The notes under the pieces are model-generated. The model was given only the letters and a program-made list of their open reading frames with translations, made no database searches and was not told the origin of the DNA. Shown one piece after another: positions 1 to 11,133 of a stretch of DNA of 64,000 bases. This stretch comes from an uncultured delta proteobacterium. GTDB lineage: Bacteria > Myxococcota_A > UBA9160 > SMWR01. How positions within the stretch are numbered: position 1 is the first letter of the stretch; each line of letters opens with the position of its first letter. Made by a program: the position numbers and the translations under genes. The stretch lies in contig CAWHTE010000008.1 of the NCBI GenBank assembly GCA_963832165.1, positions 1 to 64,000 on the forward strand, in the 5' to 3' direction.

Positions 1-339
1 GACTACGAGTGGACGCAGCACTGGGCGATCGCGCAGGAGCGCTTCAACGTCACGCCCGACGATCTGCTCGCGCTGCGCGACTGGCGGCGCTCCGACCATT
101 TCGGCCCCGTGGAGCGCCTCGTGCTCGACGCCACCGACGAGACGCTCGCGACCGGCACGCTGTGTGAAGCCACCTGGACGCGCTGCACGGACCTCCTGAG
201 CGAGAACGCGTGCATCGAGCTCGTCACCGCGATCGGCTGCTGGCGGATGGTCTCGCAGCTCACGCGCAGCCTCGAGATCCCGCTCGAAACCGGCGTCGCC
301 TCGTGGCCGCCCGACGGTGCGGGTCCGCCCCCGCGCTAG
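1..339 (+). CDS. Carboxymuconolactone decarboxylase/AhpD-like protein, 5' partial
   Basis: Frame 1 is open from base 1 (DYEWTQHWAIAQERF...ELVTAIGCWRMVSQLTRSLEIPLE) to TAG at 337-339. The YEWxQH motif and C-terminus are typical of the CMD family. Confidence 0.75.
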   Translation, partial: DYEWTQHWAIAQERFNVTPDDLLALRDWRRSDHFGPVERLVLDATDETLATGTLCEATWTRCTDLLSENACIELVTAIGCWRMVSQLTRSLEIPLETGVASWPPDGAGPPPR

Positions 340-390
340 TCCGGCTCGCCGCTCGAGATCAACTGGATTCAGATCCCATTGCGGAATCGA

Positions 391-561
391 TTGCCTGGGC
401 CGGGCGTTGATTCGCCGCGTCGGCGTTGTGGCTCCGTCGGCGTGCACGACGGTGCACCGGAGCACAACGGTTGCCGGTTCGGAGACGCATATGCTCCAGG
501 ATCACCAACGACTCCGTCGGCGAATTCAACCGCCCGGCCTAGCGCATGGAGAGGTTCACGC
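391..561 (+). repeat. Hairpin repeat element, copy 1 (conserved ends, variable interior)
   Basis: TTGCCTGGGCCGGGCG (391-406) and CCGCCCGGCCTAGCGCATGGAGAGGTTCACGC (530-561) both recur exactly, reverse-complemented, within 24304-24473. The ends pair with each other. Confidence 0.85.
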
Positions 562-581
562 TTTCAGGGCGTACGAGTTCG

Positions 582-779
582 AGTGCCGGGGTGGTTGGCT
601 TGCTGCGGCGAAGTAAAGCGGAGCCGGCCACGGGCCGTCGCACGGCTCGGGGCAACTTGGGTTGGACCGGCAACCTGAAAGCCTGAAGCAATCGCTGGCT
701 TCGGACCCTTCGGGCGAGAGAGAACGTCACCCCCAGGCCGGCGAGCCATGAGCCGCAGCAAGCCAACAACCCGGGCGCT
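582..779 (+). other. Structured element with 28-bp imperfect terminal inverted repeats (possible ncRNA or MITE)
   Basis: 582-609 and 752-779 are reverse complements at 25 of 28 positions. The interior has GCAA- and UUCG-capped hairpins with G-U pairs on the + strand. Confidence 0.55.
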
Positions 780-1884
780 AGCCGCGTATCGGGATCGACG
801 AGACCGGCAGGTCCAGTGATTCGGCGACGCCTGGGTGCACGACCGCACCGCGCCAAACGTTGCTGCCCTGTGCGAGCGATTCGTCGGCCGCGACCGCGGC
901 TTCGACGCCGAGCGCGGCGATCCGCTCCACGTAGGGCAGCGTCGTGTTGGTGAGCGCGAACGTCGCCGTGCGCGGCACGGCGCCGGGCATGTTCGTGACC
1001 CCGTAGTGGATCACGTCGTGCACGGTATAGGTCGGATCGGCGTGCGTGGTGGCGTGGATCGTCTCGACGCAGCCGCCCTGATCGACCGCGACGTCGAGGA
1101 TCACCGACCCCGCGTCCATCGCCCGCACCATCGCGTCGGTGACGAGCGTCGGCGCGCGCCGCCCCGCGATGTAGACCGCACCGATCACGAGGTCGCTCGT
1201 GGTCACGGAGCGCTCGATGTTCGCGGGGTTCGCGAACAGCGTGTTGAGCTCGCCGTGGAAGATGTCGTAGAGGTAGGTGAGTCGGCGCAGGTCGATGTCG
1301 AGCACGTCCACCTCGGCGCCGAGCGCGTGCGCCACGCGCACCGCGTTCACGCCGACGATGCCGCCGCCGATCACCGTGACGCGGCCACGCATCACGCCCG
1401 GGACGCCGCCGAGCAGGAGGCCCTTCCCGCCGCGATCCTTCTGGAGCAGTGCGACGCCGATCTGCACCGCGAGCCGCCCCGCCACCTCGCTCATCGGCGC
1501 GAGCACCGGGAACGAGCCGTCCCGGTTGCGGATCGTCTCGTAGGCGAGCGCGATCACGTCTGCGTCGAGCAGCCGGCGCGTGAGGTCGAGGTTCGCGGCG
1601 AGATGGAGGTACGTGAACAGCACCGCACCGCGCCGGAGCAGCCCCACCTCGTCCGGCAGCGGGTCCTTCACCTTCACCACGAGATCGGCCGCCCAGGCCT
1701 CCTCGCGCGTCACGAGCCGCGCGCCGCGCCTCGCGTAGTCCTCGTCGCCGAAGCCGCTGCCCTCGCCGGCGCCGCGCTCGACCCACACCTCGTGCCCCGC
1801 GCCGCACAGCACGGCGACGCCGTCGGGCACCATCCCGACGCGGTACTCGACCACCTTCTTCTCGCGCGGCACACCAATTCGCAT
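778..1884 (-). CDS. ald: Alanine dehydrogenase
   Basis: [69 protein letters not shown] before the ATG at 1884. Confidence 0.96.
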   Translation of the reverse strand: MRIGVPREKKVVEYRVGMVPDGVAVLCGAGHEVWVERGAGEGSGFGDEDYARRGARLVTREEAWAADLVVKVKDPLPDEVGLLRRGAVLFTYLHLAANLDLTRRLLDADVIALAYETIRNRDGSFPVLAPMSEVAGRLAVQIGVALLQKDRGGKGLLLGGVPGVMRGRVTVIGGGIVGVNAVRVAHALGAEVDVLDIDLRRLTYLYDIFHGELNTLFANPANIERSVTTSDLVIGAVYIAGRRAPTLVTDAMVRAMDAGSVILDVAVDQGGCVETIHATTHADPTYTVHDVIHYGVTNMPGAVPRTATFALTNTTLPYVERIAALGVEAAVAADESLAQGSNVWRGAVVHPGVAESLDLPVSSIPIRG

Positions 1885-1925
1885 AATCTCCTCGCGCGCC
1901 AGCTGAATGGCGGGATTCTCCCGCC

Positions 1926-3191
1926 CTACCCGCGGTACGCGTCGATCAGGATGTCCGCGATCTCGGGGCGCATGATGCGCGGGTCCGGGCGCTGCCCGCT
2001 CTTGAGCTGCTCGCGCACCGCGGTGCCACTCACGGTGACGGGCTTCTCGTCGGGGTGCCGATCGGTGAGATCGACGCGCCCGATCGAGTCGTAGTAGGCG
2101 GCGAAGCCGATGTTGCACGGCGAGAGGTGCAGCTCGCCCGCGAGATTCTCGAAGATCTCCTGCGCGTCGAAGTCGCCCCAGATCGGCTTTCCGTCCTCGT
2201 AGGGTGCGTCGGCGTGCTTGCGTCCGATCACGAGGTGGCTGAAGCCGAAGTTCTGGCGGTAGATCGCGTGCATCACCGCCTCGGACGGACCGCCGTAGAA
2301 CATCTTGATGTCGAGCCCGATCAGCTCGAACACCTCGGAGAGGTCCCAGCCCACCCCCTTCCAGAGCGCCTCGTCCTTGTCGCCCTGCCCGAGCAGGCGG
2401 TCGTCGTGCAGCTTCTTGTACGCGCGCATGCGCACCACGGCGGGCACGTCGTCCCCCTTGAGCTCGCCCACGAGCGGGTTCAACACGACGCCCGTGAAGT
2501 AGCCGCCCTCGGTGAGGCGCTCCGCGCCCGCCACGAGCGCGTACTCGTGCGCGCGGTGCAGCGGGTTGCGGGTCTGGAACGCGAGCGCGCGCTCCCATTT
2601 GCGGTCGCGGATCAGTGCGCGCGACATGCGCGGCGACATCATGTACTCGCTGTACTCGGGGTGGAAGATCTGCGGCAGCGCGCGCAGCTCGCCGCCCACG
2701 AGCCGCGTGCGCACGTCGTGCTCCACCATGCGCCCGCCCGGATGATCGAAGCGGTCCGTGCCGTACACGCGCCGCACGTACTTCGCCTTGTCCCAGTCGA
2801 ACACCTCGAGATCGTCGAGGATCGCCACCACGCGGCCCTCGTCGTCGCGCACCGCCGCCGCGCCGCCACGACTGAGCCTGGCGGCTTCCTCGTCCGCGAC
2901 CGGGAGCGAGAGCGGGATCGTCCACGCGTAGGGCCGCCCGTCCACGAGAATGCGCCGCTCGTCGAGCACGCGGTGGTAGACCTCTTCGCGCATCGGACCC
3001 ACGAGCGGAGAGAGAGCCCCATCCGCGACCCGGTGGATCGTCGAGAGATCGGCGCGCGAGACACGCAGCGCGGGCAGCAATTCGGCCTCGGCCAGGAAGC
3101 GCGCGCGGCGCGAGAGCGGAACGATGCGATCGACGAGCGCGGTGCCGCCGCCGTGGATCGGGACGAGATCACCGGACACAGAATCGATCAT
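1926..3191 (-). CDS. sat: Sulfate adenylyltransferase (ATP sulfurylase)
   Basis: [54 protein letters not shown] motifs. Confidence 0.93.
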   Translation of the reverse strand: MIDSVSGDLVPIHGGGTALVDRIVPLSRRARFLAEAELLPALRVSRADLSTIHRVADGALSPLVGPMREEVYHRVLDERRILVDGRPYAWTIPLSLPVADEEAARLSRGGAAAVRDDEGRVVAILDDLEVFDWDKAKYVRRVYGTDRFDHPGGRMVEHDVRTRLVGGELRALPQIFHPEYSEYMMSPRMSRALIRDRKWERALAFQTRNPLHRAHEYALVAGAERLTEGGYFTGVVLNPLVGELKGDDVPAVVRMRAYKKLHDDRLLGQGDKDEALWKGVGWDLSEVFELIGLDIKMFYGGPSEAVMHAIYRQNFGFSHLVIGRKHADAPYEDGKPIWGDFDAQEIFENLAGELHLSPCNIGFAAYYDSIGRVDLTDRHPDEKPVTVSGTAVREQLKSGQRPDPRIMRPEIADILIDAYRG

Positions 3192-3228
3192 GAGGGGCTC
3201 CTAGAGAGGTGGGGGGTCCGCAATCGTT

Positions 3229-4284
3229 TCACCAGACCGGATGCTCGCCTTCTCCGCTCGCGAGCAGGAGACGGTCTCCGCTGCCATCGAAGCGGCGTAC
3301 GAGCACGCGGCTGCGCTGGTCCTCGCTGGCGACGTAGGCGACCAGTTTCCCGTCCGGCGACGCACTCGGCCAGCCCTCGCCATGAGCGCTCGGGCCGATC
3401 GGCGCGCGGCCGGAGCCGTCGGCGCGGATCCGGAACAGGCGCGGGGTCCGGCCGGCCAGCGCGCTGTAGACGATCCATTCGCCGTGATCGGCGAAGCGCG
3501 GATCGCGACCCGGCGCGAGCGCGCGTGCGGGGGCGTCGAACGGGGCCGCGGCGAGCCAGATCTCGCTCTGCGCCGCGTCGCGCGTGCGCGCGAACGCAAC
3601 CGCGCTGCCATCGGGTGCGCAGCTGGGCGAGTGGTCGGCCGGACCCGTCGAGACGTCCGCGAACGGCTCGCGGCCGCCGGGCTGACTCACGCGGATCCGC
3701 GCGGTCGCTCCGCTCTCGCGCAGCTCGACGGCCGTGACGACGATCCGCGCATCGGGCCCGTAACACGCCTGGCTGTGGATCGGTGGCCCGATCGTCACGC
3801 GCCGCACCGTGTGCGCGGCCGCACTCCACTCGAAGATCTGCACGTCTCGGCTGCCCGGCGCCACGGGCTGCGCGAACAGCAGCGCTCCGCGATCGCGCGC
3901 CCAGGCCTGAGGCACCGCGCCGCGCAGCGCCCCTTCCACGAGCTCCACGCGCCCGTCGCGCGGGTCGAGCAGCGCGAGGCGACCCAGATGCGCGTCGGGG
4001 CCCCCGCGATCGGTGCCGAAAGCGTTGGCGACGAAACGCCCGAGCGCGTCGGTGTCCGCGCGCAGATAGGCCTTGCTGCCCACCCAGGTCGGCGACTCCG
4101 CAGACACCGCGGGCGTCGCCCGGCGCGCGGCGAGATCGTCGGCGCGCTCGCGCGCCTCCGCGGGCGTGCGGTAGTAGATCGCGATCGGTTGCGCGGGCAG
4201 CTCGGCGTCGGGGATGCCGCCCCACGTCGCGCAGCCCGCGATCAACGCGAGAGCAGCACATCGCGCTCGCGAGGTCCCGCTCAA
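3229..4284 (-). CDS. TolB-like (PD40/WD40 beta-propeller) lipoprotein
   Basis: Lipobox LIAGC; repeated P-x-x-SPDG-like blades (PSCAPDG, PSASPDGKLVAY); ends HPVW. The TTG start overlaps the upstream stop; start uncertain. Confidence 0.7.
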   Translation of the reverse strand: MSGTSRARCAALALIAGCATWGGIPDAELPAQPIAIYYRTPAEARERADDLAARRATPAVSAESPTWVGSKAYLRADTDALGRFVANAFGTDRGGPDAHLGRLALLDPRDGRVELVEGALRGAVPQAWARDRGALLFAQPVAPGSRDVQIFEWSAAAHTVRRVTIGPPIHSQACYGPDARIVVTAVELRESGATARIRVSQPGGREPFADVSTGPADHSPSCAPDGSAVAFARTRDAAQSEIWLAAAPFDAPARALAPGRDPRFADHGEWIVYSALAGRTPRLFRIRADGSGRAPIGPSAHGEGWPSASPDGKLVAYVASEDQRSRVLVRRFDGSGDRLLLASGEGEHPVW

Positions 4285-4775
4285 GAGGCCTCCGCGCGCA
4301 CGAGCCGCTCGCTGAACTCGCCGCCACTGCGCACGAACAGCTTGATCTCGCGCACGCTGCGCTCGTACACCGAGAGCACGATCTGGTCGGCGAACGGGAA
4401 CGGGAACAGCGCATGTCGCGCGTACGAGAGATCGACCCCCGACAGGTACGCTCCCGCGCCCACGTGCGAGTGGTACACCGCGGTGACGAGCTCGCCGATC
4501 CGCTCCGCTTCGCGCGACACCTCGATCACGTCGCGCGCGCTCATGTAGTAGGCGGCGCGGCTGTCGCGCGGGAACTCCTCGGGATCTTCCTCGTGGCGCC
4601 GCGTCATCTCGTTGTGACAGCGCACCGCTCTTCCGTAGCGGAGGTTCCCGTCACTCAGGACCAGACCGCAGCACTCCTCGGGCTCCGCCTCGCGCGCGTG
4701 CTCGCAGAGCTCGTTCAGGATCCGCGCGGGAATCCCCACCGGCTGCGCCGGATCGTCCATCTCGAAGCGACCCAC
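4281..4775 (-). CDS. JAB/Mov34 (MPN+) metallopeptidase, Mec/CysO-cysteine peptidase-like
   Basis: EECCGLV plus VYHSHVGAGAYLSGVD, the JAMM motif. Confidence 0.88.
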   Translation of the reverse strand: MGRFEMDDPAQPVGIPARILNELCEHAREAEPEECCGLVLSDGNLRYGRAVRCHNEMTRRHEEDPEEFPRDSRAAYYMSARDVIEVSREAERIGELVTAVYHSHVGAGAYLSGVDLSYARHALFPFPFADQIVLSVYERSVREIKLFVRSGGEFSERLVRAEAS

Positions 4776-4832
4776 GGTTCCCCTCGGGAGGGCCGCAGTG
4801 TAACGAAGGGCGCGGAGTGGACCGCGAGCGCC

Positions 4833-5279
4833 TCAGATGAAGTACATCGGCGCGACCGCCTCGGCGCGCGGCACCTCGGCGCGTGCGGCCTCCGTACACA
4901 GATCCTCGATCGTGGTGGCCTCGAGTGCATCGCCGATCCGCGCAGCGAGGCGGTGCCACACGAAGTCGGGCCGGTGTCCGCGCGACCCGATGCCGTCTTC
5001 CATGGTGAGGCTCTCCTCGAGCGGCCCCTCGACCGCCTCCAGCACCTCGCGCAGCGTGATCGTGGCCGCGGCGCGCGCGAGCGTGTAGCCGCCGCCCGGG
5101 CCGCGTTTGCTCACGACGATATCGCTGCGGCGCAGCCGTCCGAAGATCTGCTCGAGGTAGCGCGCGGGGATGGCCTGGCGATCGCTGATCACGCGGATCT
5201 GCACCGGCTCGCCGTGGCCGTTGTAAGCCAGATCGAACACACCGCAGATCGCATACTGCACCTGAAGAGAGAAGCGCAC
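4833..5279 (-). CDS. Rrf2-family transcriptional regulator (CymR-like, no IscR Cys triad)
   Basis: YLEQIFGRLRRSDIVVSKRGPGGGYTLARAAATITLREVLEAVEG; GTG start at 5279 inferred. Confidence 0.9.
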   Translation of the reverse strand: MRFSLQVQYAICGVFDLAYNGHGEPVQIRVISDRQAIPARYLEQIFGRLRRSDIVVSKRGPGGGYTLARAAATITLREVLEAVEGPLEESLTMEDGIGSRGHRPDFVWHRLAARIGDALEATTIEDLCTEAARAEVPRAEAVAPMYFI

Positions 5280-5392
5280 AGATTCAGAGTGCCGAACACA
5301 CGCGCCCGGCGCACGCGCCGCGCCTTGCAATTCTTGCCATTCCGCGAGCTCCGGAGCGCCCTCGCCGCTCGAGAGGGAGCGCCTCTGGCTGG

Positions 5393-7561
5393 CTACGGCG
5401 ATCCTCGACCGCGCCGCCGACGCATCTCGAGCTCGAAGTCGATCCGCGCGATCACGGGATCAGCCGCTGCGATCGTCACGACCACGCGGTCGCCGAGCTC
5501 GTAGCGCGTGTGGCCCGCGACAAGCGCGCGGCCATTCTCGGAGAGTTCCGCGTAGTCGGGCAGGCGCGAGACGTGAACGAGCCCCTCCACCCACCACGCG
5601 TCGAGCGTCACGTAGAGCCCGTGGCGCGCGAGACCCGTGACCGTACCCTCGTGGCGCTCGCCGATATGGCTGCGCAGGAGCACGCAGGCCTTGATTTGCG
5701 CCATCTCGCGCTCGGCCAGCGTCGCGACGCGCTCGCGATACGAGCTGCGCACCGCGATCGCCTCGGCGCGCACGCGCGTGAGCGCGGGCCGATCGCCCGC
5801 GAGCGCGGCGCGCAGGGCGCGGTGCACGGCGAGATCGGCATAACGCCGGATCGGCGAGGTGAAGTGCAGGTAGTGCTCGAACGCGAGCGCGAAGTGCGGA
5901 ATCGACCGCGCGCTGTAGCGCGCGCGTCGCATGCTGCGCAGCGCGAGCTGGTGGATCCAGCGCTCGGCGGGGCTCCCGACCGCGCGCTCGAGCGCGCGGC
6001 CGAGCTCGCGCGACGTGAGCGCGTCGCTGGCGCCGCCGTCGACGAACCCGAGCGCGGTGAGCTCGGTGGTCAGGCGCTCGAGGTCGGGCGGCGCGGGCGG
6101 CTCGTGCACGCGGTGCACCGCGTCGACCTCGTGCGCGTCGAGCCACTCCGCGACCGCGCGGTTCGCAGCCAGCATGGCCTCCTCGATCGCGCGGTGCGCT
6201 TCGTTGCGCGCGGCCGGCGCGACGTCGATCGGAAAGCCGCGCTCGTCGAGCGCGAACGCGGCGCTCGGCAGCTCGAAGTCGAGCGAGCCTGCGGCGCGCC
6301 GCCGTTCGCCGAGGATGCGCGCGAGGCGTCCGAGGGTTCGCAACATCTGCGCTTCCGGAATCGTCTCGTCACCGGCCTCGATCGCGGCGGCGGCCTGCTC
6401 GTAGGTGAGCCGCGCGCGGCTGCGGATCACGGCGTCGTGGAAGCGCGCGCGGCCCGGCTCGCCGCGGTCGTCGAACGTCATCTCCACCGCGAACACGAGC
6501 CGGTCGACGTCCGGGCGCAGCGAGCAGACGTCGCCCGAGAGCCGCTCGGGGAGCATCGGGATCGCGCGATCCGTGAAGTACACGCTGTTGCCGCGCCGCA
6601 GCGCCTCGCGATCGATCGGCGATCCCGGCTCGACCCAGCGCGAGACGTCCGCGATCGCCACCCAGAGCGTGAAGCCGCCGCGCGCGGCCTCGACGAACAC
6701 GGCGTCGTCGTGGTCGCGCGCGGTCGCGGGATCGATCGTCACGAACGCGCGGTCGCGCAGATCGGTGCGCTGCGCGAGCTCGCGCGCGTCGGGCTCTTGC
6801 AGCGCTTCCGCCTGCGCGAGCGCATCGGGCGGGAACGCAACCGGAAGCTGGTAGCGCCACACCACGGCGGCAAAGTCCGCGTCGGGATCGCCAGGGCGGC
6901 CGAGCCGCTCGACCACACGCGCCCACGCCGGGCCCTCGCGCTGCGAGCTCCGGCGCTTTCCGCGCTCGGACGGTACGGCTCGCACCACGTCGCCGACTGC
7001 GGCACCACCCGTATCACCGCGCGCGACGCGCACCCACCAATCGCCCTCGTCGCGATACGGCGCGATCCCGAGCATCTTCTCGTGCCCGCGCAGGATGCCG
7101 ACCCAGTGATCGCGCTCGGCGGGCTGCACCGAGAGCAGCTCGACGCGGCCTCCCGCGAGAGGCGCGAGCAGCACGCGGTCGCCCGGCCTCGCCTCGCCCG
7201 TATCCTCGATCCGGTGCTCACGCCCGAGGTCGTCGCGGGCACGACCGCTCGCGACGAGCTCGGCCTCCACCAGGCCGTCCGCGCGCGGCACGCGCCAGCA
7301 ACCCTCCACGCGCTCGATGCGGCCCTCGTTCTCGAGCTGACGCAGGATCCGGCGCAGCGCGCGCAGCTCGCCGCGGTCGGCGCCGAGCACGCGCAACAGC
7401 CGGGCCGCGGTGATTCCGGCGCGACCGCCCCGCCCCGCGAGCGCGCCCACCACGCGCTCGGCGTCGATCGCGCCGGCGCGCTTGGCGCGCCGCGGAACGG
7501 GCTTTGCCCCTTGCGCGCGCGCTCGCCCGCGACGCTTCGCCGGCCAACGGGGGCGTGCCAT
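5393..7561 (-). CDS. rnr: Ribonuclease R / RNB-family exoribonuclease
   Basis: TIDPATARDHDDA, RRGNSVYF, IEEAMLAAN, HFTSPIRRYADL, C-terminal S1 domain. Confidence 0.9.
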   Translation of the reverse strand: MARPRWPAKRRGRARAQGAKPVPRRAKRAGAIDAERVVGALAGRGGRAGITAARLLRVLGADRGELRALRRILRQLENEGRIERVEGCWRVPRADGLVEAELVASGRARDDLGREHRIEDTGEARPGDRVLLAPLAGGRVELLSVQPAERDHWVGILRGHEKMLGIAPYRDEGDWWVRVARGDTGGAAVGDVVRAVPSERGKRRSSQREGPAWARVVERLGRPGDPDADFAAVVWRYQLPVAFPPDALAQAEALQEPDARELAQRTDLRDRAFVTIDPATARDHDDAVFVEAARGGFTLWVAIADVSRWVEPGSPIDREALRRGNSVYFTDRAIPMLPERLSGDVCSLRPDVDRLVFAVEMTFDDRGEPGRARFHDAVIRSRARLTYEQAAAAIEAGDETIPEAQMLRTLGRLARILGERRRAAGSLDFELPSAAFALDERGFPIDVAPAARNEAHRAIEEAMLAANRAVAEWLDAHEVDAVHRVHEPPAPPDLERLTTELTALGFVDGGASDALTSRELGRALERAVGSPAERWIHQLALRSMRRARYSARSIPHFALAFEHYLHFTSPIRRYADLAVHRALRAALAGDRPALTRVRAEAIAVRSSYRERVATLAEREMAQIKACVLLRSHIGERHEGTVTGLARHGLYVTLDAWWVEGLVHVSRLPDYAELSENGRALVAGHTRYELGDRVVVTIAAADPVIARIDFELEMRRRRGRGSP

Positions 7562-7616
7562 TCCCGGCAATGTACGCGACCTCGTGACGAAAGCGGGCTA
7601 GTCTCCGCCGCGGATT

Positions 7617-7703
7617 GCCCGGGTGGCGGAATTGGTAGACGCGCCAGGTTCAGGACCTGGTGGTCGCAAGGCCGTGCTGGTTCGACTCCAGTCCCGGGCA
7701 CCA
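7617..7703 (+). tRNA. tRNA-Leu(CAG)
   Basis: 87-nt cloverleaf GCCCGGG...CCCGGGC-A-CCA; anticodon arm CCAGG-TTCAGGA-CCTGG; long variable arm; GGTTCGACTCC T-arm. Confidence 0.97.
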
Positions 7704-7740
7704 TCCACCTCACTACGGTCGCGCAGCGCGCTGCAAGTTT

Positions 7741-7767
7741 CGCGCAGCGAGCCGAAGGCGAGCGAAG
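7741..7767 (-). repeat. 27-bp REP-like repeat, variant copy
   Basis: The reverse complement, CTTCGCTCGCCTTCGGCTCGCTGCGCG, differs from the copies at 52114 and 57388 by two compensatory changes. Confidence 0.75.
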
Positions 7768-7807
7768 ACCAGCAAGCGGGCCGCGCGAAGCGGGCGCCCG
7801 CAGAACG

Positions 7808-7847
7808 GGCCGTGCTGGTTCGACTCCAGTCCCGGGCACCATCCACC
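7808..7847 (+). repeat. 40-bp direct repeat of the tRNA-Leu 3' end (copy of 7670-7709)
   Basis: GGCCGTGCTGGTTCGACTCCAGTCCCGGGCACCATCCACC occurs identically at 7670-7709 and 7808-7847. Confidence 0.95.
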
Positions 7848-7971
7848 GCTCACCCTCGCAGCGCCGTCGCAGAGAGCTCGCGACGCGAGAGCAACGCGGC
7901 GGCAGCGCGCACGCAGCTGCACCATTCGACGCGCTGGAGTCGGCCCACGAACTCGCCGATAAGTCCATCCA

Positions 7972-8626
7972 ATGGCCTTGTTCCGGCGATCGAGATCCTA
8001 CGATCGCACGCGATTGCTTGCCGAGGCGGCGCGCGCGCGCACGAAGGGCAAGACCAAGAAGGCGGTCGCATTGCTCGAGACCGTGCTCGAACACGAGCCG
8101 TCGAATGCCGAGCTGCACCGCCGACTCGCACCGATGCTCGCCGCTCTCAAGCGCACGACCGACGCGTGGACGAGCTATCGGGTCGCGATCGCGAGCCTGG
8201 TCAAGGCAGGATTCGTCGATCAGGCGGTCGGCGTGCTGCGCGAGGCGGCGGGCCATCTCGGGCGCGAGCGCGGAGTCTGGGAGGGGCTCGCGGACGCCGA
8301 GCAGCAGCGCGGACGCCCGATCGACGCTCACCGGGCGCTGCTCGAAGGACGCGCAGCGATTCCGCTCGCGGCGCGACCGCCCCGAGGCGATCAAGCTGCT
8401 GATGCGGGCGCGAAAGCTCGCGCCGGCCCACTTCGAGTCCAACTTCGACCTCGCGGGGCTGCTGGGACGCTCGGGAGCTCGCGCGCCCGCGGCGCGCATT
8501 CTGGACGAGCTCGCCACGCGCTCGCGCGGCACCGAGCTCTGGCGCACGCGGCGCCGGCAGCTCGCCCACAGCCCGACTCCGGGCGCTTTCTGGCGCTTTC
8601 TGCGCTCCTGCGTCGGCAGGCGCTGA
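7972..8626 (+). CDS. TPR-repeat protein, frameshifted near 8350
   Basis: TPR-like helices (AVALLETVLEHEPSNAELHRRLA). A second frame continues with EAIKLLMRARKLAPAHFESNFDLAGLL to the TGA ending at 8626. Confidence 0.65.
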
Positions 8627-8648
8627 ACCCGGACCCGTTTCGACGACC

Positions 8649-8676
8649 TTGACCCGCCCCGCACCGGCCCTAGGGT
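8649..8676 (+). promoter_or_regulatory. Possible sigma70-type promoter of lon
   Basis: TTGACC-16 nt-TAGGGT upstream of the GGGAGG RBS and GTG start at 8701. Confidence 0.3.
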
Positions 8677-8700
8677 TGCAAGGACGCGACGGGAGGATGA

Positions 8701-11124
<2,424 letters not shown>

Positions 11125-11133
11125 GCGCGAGAA

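Noticed and set aside
391..561. Integron attC site
   Set aside because: It lacks the RYYYAAC/GTTRRRY core sites, lies between convergent genes rather than in a cassette array, and no integrase is present.
778..2925. 715-aa extended Ald
   Set aside because: The upstream part is an alternative frame of sat; the true start, with RBS, is at 1884.
4281..4775. JAB protein as part of a CBASS or ubiquitin-like antiphage system
   Set aside because: No cyclase, E1/E2 or effector is nearby; the Rrf2 and sat context indicates sulfur metabolism.
7670..7847. Possible CRISPR mini-array (two 40-bp repeats)
   Set aside because: The repeat is the tRNA 3' end, the spacer is 98 bp and no cas genes are present.
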